64,000 nt of DNA, taken from Candidatus Bathyarchaeota archaeon (GTDB lineage: Archaea; Thermoproteota; Bathyarchaeia; Bathyarchaeales; Bathycorpusculaceae). Below, one piece after another: positions 58,959 through 64,000 of this stretch. The position numbers and the translations under genes were made by a program. Every line of letters starts with the position of its first letter. Position 1 is the first letter of the stretch. The notes under the pieces were generated by a model. That model was not told the origin of the DNA, made no database searches, and saw nothing but the letters and a program-made list of their open reading frames with translations. The DNA is taken from positions 1-64,000 of the forward strand of contig CAWFFH010000008.1 in assembly GCA_963815095.1 (NCBI GenBank), given 5' to 3'.

Positions 58959-60233
58959 ATGGCCAAAAAGCTATCGCTTGCATTGTGCATTTGTTTGATG
59001 GTCTGCTATTCATTTAATATGTATTATACTGAGGCGTCAGCTCAACTCAATCAACAATATCCTCTTTCGGAATTGTTTCGATCACCTCCGCTCCAACTTC
59101 TTTTATTTTTGGAAATTCAATAATCGGCACAAATCTCGGGCAAAACGATGCTAACGCTCAATCTATCTCGTACTTCACATGCACTGCAACGGGATCAATT
59201 ACTGACATAATAGCATATCAATGGAGTGTCATCAGGCAGTGCGATAGCAGCATTATATGCAGTTAGCGGAGGGTCAGCAGGAGTTTTACTGGTACAACCC
59301 ATCCCCTAAACGTAAGCACCGATTTTTCATGGAAAGACTTCCAACTACAAACACCGTATACTGTAACATCAGGCACGACCTACGGACTCGCAATAATGGG
59401 CAACATTGCCCTAAACATTATGGAGGGTGCAACAGGTCAACGAGACCACAATGCTGTCAGTTCCTACGTAAATGGCTTCAAAAATCCTTTCGGAACCATA
59501 TGGGGAACCGATAACAGTGGCGCTATGAGCATTTATGCAATAGGCGCTACTTTGTCTCCGACTCCAACGCCTACTTTGTCTCCGACTCCAACGCCTACTT
59601 TGTCGCCGATTCCAACGTCCAAACCATCTTCGGTAAACCTGGAACCTCTTAGCGCTTTCACCGAACAAGCCACTGATTACAGTTACTCACACGTTGACTA
59701 CTCGGTTACTCATAATGGGAATCCGAGCATTTACACTTCTTTGCCATCTATTCCTTTAGTGGTCGTGCCAACGGTGAAATTGATGGTGCTTGGGTTTTAG
59801 TTAATCCCGGGGACCATATAGATTTTGGATGTTGGATTTATGCACCAGACGATGCGCCTTATATTCGTGATCCAGCCTATTCAGGGGCAAGAACAGGCGT
59901 TGACTTCTATGTTTCCAGCGGATCAGCTAATTTAGGCATTGGGATTCCTTATTACAATGCTATTCATGCTGGAGGGCATCCTGATAATTACGTGGGTGAA
60001 CCAACCGCTCGGATGTGAATATTCAGTTTGGTACTGCTGGGTGGCAATATGTAGAGTGGGACTTCTACATTCCAACCGACACATTCACTTTGATGTATGG
60101 AGGAAATCCATGGGCGTTGCATACTATTCCTTCAACGCAAATCCAAAGTATTGTGCCTTGGTTAGACCTTTCAAATTATGATGATGCTTGCCATGCATGG
60201 TTCTTAGAGCCAACTTTATACATCAATCCATAA
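58959..60233 (+). pseudogene. Secreted S/T-rich protein broken into several frames
   Basis: ATG58959 signal peptide; successive ORF pieces 59396, 60015; PTPTLS linker. Confidence 0.55.
59547..59618 (+). repeat. 3 x 24-bp tandem repeat encoding TLSPTPTP
   Basis: ctactttgtctccgactccaacgc twice plus a third variant copy. Confidence 0.9.
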
Positions 60234-60465
60234 TACTTTTTCTTTTGAGTGAACTTCAAAAATTATAGCCAATTTTAGACTCGACAAATAGATAAAATAA
60301 CAATCGACCAATTTGGAGACCTAAGACTGAGCCTGGACTTAACCGAAGCACGCAGATATGCTAAGTAGCGTGGGGATTGATATGTCTTTTTCAATTCATT
60401 GATATTAAATTAGTTTAGGCGATTTCTGAAATGGTTAGTTGATAATCTTCAGCAAGGCGTAGACT

Positions 60466-62042
60466 ATGGAAAAAAATAAGCTCCTCTTAATCCCTTTTTT
60501 TTGTAGGCCTTGCGCTTTTAATATATTCATGGTACTTGAGTTTTCCTTTATCGGTTGATTTTGTCAGTGACTCAATTTTTAATCATATTTCAATTTTGTA
60601 TTGGTTCAGTATTCCTTTATTGTTTACGTCGATGTTTCTGATTTCTATTAGTTTCAAAAACAAGTATTGGATATGGATAGTAACTATCAGCTTTGTATTT
60701 GTACTCTATTCATTATCGTACTTCTATTTCACAATGTCAACCGCCGATGCAGCTTTTTTCAGAGGGCTGACAGAAAATTTCATTAAAACGAATAGTTTGA
60801 ACGCTTCACAATATATCCATAGTTATTACCAGTGGCCTTCTTTTTTCCTTTTAGCTGGAATAACCACATTAATCAGCGGATTAAATTTGGCTAATTATGA
60901 ATTCATACTCTATGCAATTTTAGGGTTTCTACTTGCAACTGCTTTGTATATTTACTGCTTCAAAGGCATACAATCGCGGTGCTTTTTTCGCTGTTTCGGC
61001 CTTCTTTGTTGTAATGTTTTTGTTCTTGAATTATCAAGCCGTTCCATTCTCGCTTGCATTTGCGCTTCTGCTTGTCATGTTAGTTTTGGAGACAAGAGAA
61101 AAGGGTGCTGGTACCATATTGGCAATGTTCGTCTTGTATGTAAGTACAGTAATTACGCATGCTTTTGTTCCCCTTTTTTTTGTAATCTATTTACTCATTC
61201 GGAGCATTATAGGCAGAAGTAGACAGTATTTCGAATTTTTTATGTTGACATTAATCATCTATGTCTTAGCGCAAATAACATTTGTTGTATTTTCTTTTAA
61301 GAGTAATATTATTAGCGTTTTTGCCGCACCGAGCGAATATTCCAATGTCGCGGGGGCTACTCTTGCATCAACTTCCGTTGAGATTGATGCAATCCCCCAT
61401 TTCTTTTCTAGATGGATAACAATTGCATTTGCAATTTTATGTATTGCAGGTTTCGTTTTCCTATTATATAGAAGAAAGTTAAGGAAAATAGACACTGCTA
61501 TTTTTTTAACGGGAATTGTTTATTCGGGTTTAGGTGTTGTTCTTAATGTCTTAGGAACACGTGCAATATCACTACTCTTTATTCCAATCACATTGGGGGT
61601 AGCTTATCTTTTTCAAAGCAAGTTTAGAAAATACCTTAAATTTTTGTTTGTTATCCTGTTAGTTTTTGTTGTTTTCATTCCAATGCATCCTTCATTTAGT
61701 AGTTATCCAATAACTTTTCAAACAAAAGAGGATATTGCGACATCTAACTTCATGATCGAGAAATACGATTGGGCATCCAAAAGCATAGTAATTACTGATT
61801 CTTATAGGAGTTGGTATATACTTCCACAAGTACAGGGAAATACAGAAATCGATTCCAACCTCATTTCGCGCTTTGGGATATTAAACATTACTAAGTATGA
61901 TTCCATAGTATATTCGGTGGGTTTGGCAGAAAGTCTATACGCGTCTAATATTTCAATTGAAGCTACATCTCAACAAATAATGGATAAATTTGATATAGTT
62001 TATAATTCAGGTTTCTCTTACATTGCAACCAAAAGCAGGTAA
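60466..62042 (+). CDS. Polytopic membrane protein (GT-C/polymerase-like), frameshifted
   Basis: Overlapping hydrophobic ORFs 60536 and 60933; YYQWPSFF motif; glycan-cluster context. Confidence 0.55.
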
Positions 62043-62135
62043 AGTAATACTATAACAAATCTGTATCATCACTGATTTGTTAGAAACTCCATAGTTGAAT
62101 TTACGTACGATTATTCATAGCTTGGTTGGTCAAAT

Positions 62136-63218
62136 TTGAACATTCTGTATTATGGTGAGCCTAATTTAGCAAAAGGGGGCGGCGTAAATAAAGTCGCTTA
62201 CTACCTTCCCGAAGCTTTGAGAAAAAAAATAGGTGTCACTTACTTGCCAAGTATTAAGTCAAATAAAAATTTTCTAGAAATTTACTTAAAAGTATTTAGC
62301 CAGTTTGTCAAAAAAGAATTCGATATTATTCATTTCAATGCTAATCCTGCCTGGATTAATGGAAGTTCTATGTTGTTGAGATTTGCAAAGTTGACCCAAA
62401 CTCCCACGATTCTCAATATTCACGGTATTCCTCAGTTAGAACGGATAGCTGAAAAGGTTAATGATTCTGTTTCATTTTCTGATTGGATGCCTACTTTAAT
62501 CTATTGCAACTTGGCAGACCGAATAGTTGTCAACTCAGAATTTATGCGAAATAATGTTGTTGCATGGTATAGAGTAAATCCCCAAAAAGTTGTAGTTATC
62601 CCTAATGGTGTGGATCAAAAGATATTTACCAACTGTGATAATAGAATGCCCTTAGACGGTGATCCTTCTGTGTTGTATATTGGACACTTTTCAACGCTAA
62701 AAGGCGTTGATATCTTAATTCAATCGATAGCCCACCTTAAGTCTCAATTTCCAAATATTAAACTGCATCTCGTTGGGAGTGGCAATGATCACTATTTTTC
62801 GCTTATTGCGAAGAAGGAAGGAATTGAAAAAAATGTGGTTTTTCACGGTTGGGCAAAGCAACCGGTGGCAGCTTGTTACTATAAATCTGCGGATATTTGC
62901 GTTTTTCCTTCAAGGCATGAAGGTTTTGGGTTAGTTGTTCTTGAAGCTATGGCTTCAGGAATACCCATAATAGCTTCGGATATTCCAAGTTTTAGGGAAA
63001 TAATCTCTGATGGAGTAGATGGCAAGCTATTCAAAACCGAGGATTCTGGTGCCTTGTCAAAGGCAATAGTTAATTTAAGCCAAGATCCTCAACTGAGAAA
63101 AGAATTATCTCTTAATGCATATCAAAAAGCTTCACAATACAGCTGGGAAAACATAGCCGACAAATACATTCTGTTGTACAAATCCTTACTCAATTGTGCT
63201 TCTATAAATTACAATTAA
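62136..63218 (+). CDS. GT4 glycosyltransferase
   Basis: IPNGVD, KGVD, EGFGLVVLEAMASG. Confidence 0.9.
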   Translation: MNILYYGEPNLAKGGGVNKVAYYLPEALRKKIGVTYLPSIKSNKNFLEIYLKVFSQFVKKEFDIIHFNANPAWINGSSMLLRFAKLTQTPTILNIHGIPQLERIAEKVNDSVSFSDWMPTLIYCNLADRIVVNSEFMRNNVVAWYRVNPQKVVVIPNGVDQKIFTNCDNRMPLDGDPSVLYIGHFSTLKGVDILIQSIAHLKSQFPNIKLHLVGSGNDHYFSLIAKKEGIEKNVVFHGWAKQPVAACYYKSADICVFPSRHEGFGLVVLEAMASGIPIIASDIPSFREIISDGVDGKLFKTEDSGALSKAIVNLSQDPQLRKELSLNAYQKASQYSWENIADKYILLYKSLLNCASINYN

Positions 63219-63322
63219 AGAGGGCCAAAAGGAAGTTTTCTGTTTTAATAATAGTTGGCTGACCTAAATGGTGCTTTTTCCTCAAAGAGAACCTGCGTTT
63301 GATTTTTTGGGAGTTTTAAGTA

Positions 63323-64000
63323 ATGGGAATAAATGTTAGCATTTTAATTACTGTTAGGAACGTTGAGCAATACATTGATCGATGTTTAAAATCTATATTA
63401 CAACAGACATTTACTGATTTTGAGGTTATTTTGATCGATGATTTGAGTAATGACAAAACGAAGGATATAATAGAAAAATTCACAGACAAACGAATAAGAT
63501 ATTTTAGAAACAAAGAATTACTTGGACTATCTCAGAGTAGAAATGAATGTGTGAAGCAGGCAAGAGGCGATTTTGTTTTCTTCACTGATGGTGATTGCGT
63601 AGTTTCCCAAATTGGCTTCAGGAAGGAATAACATATCTCAAAACCGCGGGTTACGTTGGTGTTGAAGGGAAAACTTACTACATTTCAAAAGAATACAAAC
63701 CCACTCGTTCAGATGATGTGGTTGAAAATAAGACCGGCGAATTATTCATGACCTGCAATATTGCCTACAAGAAAGCAATTTATCGAAAGGATCGGTGGTT
63801 TTGATAAAAGATTTACTTACCATGAAGATCGAGATCTTGCCCTTAGAGCACTTAAGCAAGGCCGAATCTTTTTTAACCCTAAAATGGTAGTGTATCATCA
63901 GAAAAAAACCTTAACACCCATACAGTTTTTAAAAAAAGGCAAAATACTTAGAAACAATGTATTGCTCTATAAGAAATCTAAAGAAAGACCTCTTTTCATC
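63323..64000 (+). CDS. GT2 glycosyltransferase, frameshifted, runs off the window
   Basis: IDDLSND, GLSQSRN, FTDGDC; later frames FMTCNIAY and GGFD..HEDRDL. Confidence 0.8.

Noticed and set aside
59547-59618. 24-bp tandem repeat as a contingency or mobile signal
   Set aside because: In-frame unit encoding an ordinary Pro/Thr linker

Overview
Archaeal chromosomal window, most consistent with a TACK lineage such as Bathyarchaeia (inferred from ribosomal S30e, GatDE, Elp3, Rio2, an Sm-like protein, Rpo5 and PEF-type C-terminal sorting signals). Contents in order: ZIP transporter, truncated Lrp regulator, thiolase/DUF35 pair, a 1891-aa DUF4011-type SF1 helicase-nuclease, a tungstate ABC operon with ModE-TOBE, a long eukaryote-like Rpo5, an accessory island (about 16.5-20.9 kb), M16 peptidase, ABC exporter, MgtA, redox and heat-shock genes, metY-metX-metW, translation and RNA housekeeping genes, and from about 46.5 kb a surface-glycan cluster. 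Best leads: (1) ComA-ComB plus ATP-grasp ligase plus N-deacetylase inside the glycan cluster, suggesting sulfolactyl modification of glycans; (2) three unrelated small membrane genes, each behind a near-identical 25-bp promoter-like repeat and bracketed by a second repeat family; (3) Rpo5 with an RPB5-like N-terminal jaw domain; (4) a covarying 23-nt hairpin found twice in the glycan cluster. Many genes carry single-base frameshifts, probably at least partly assembly error. No rRNA, tRNA or CRISPR array was recognised by eye. All family calls come from motif recognition, not database searches.
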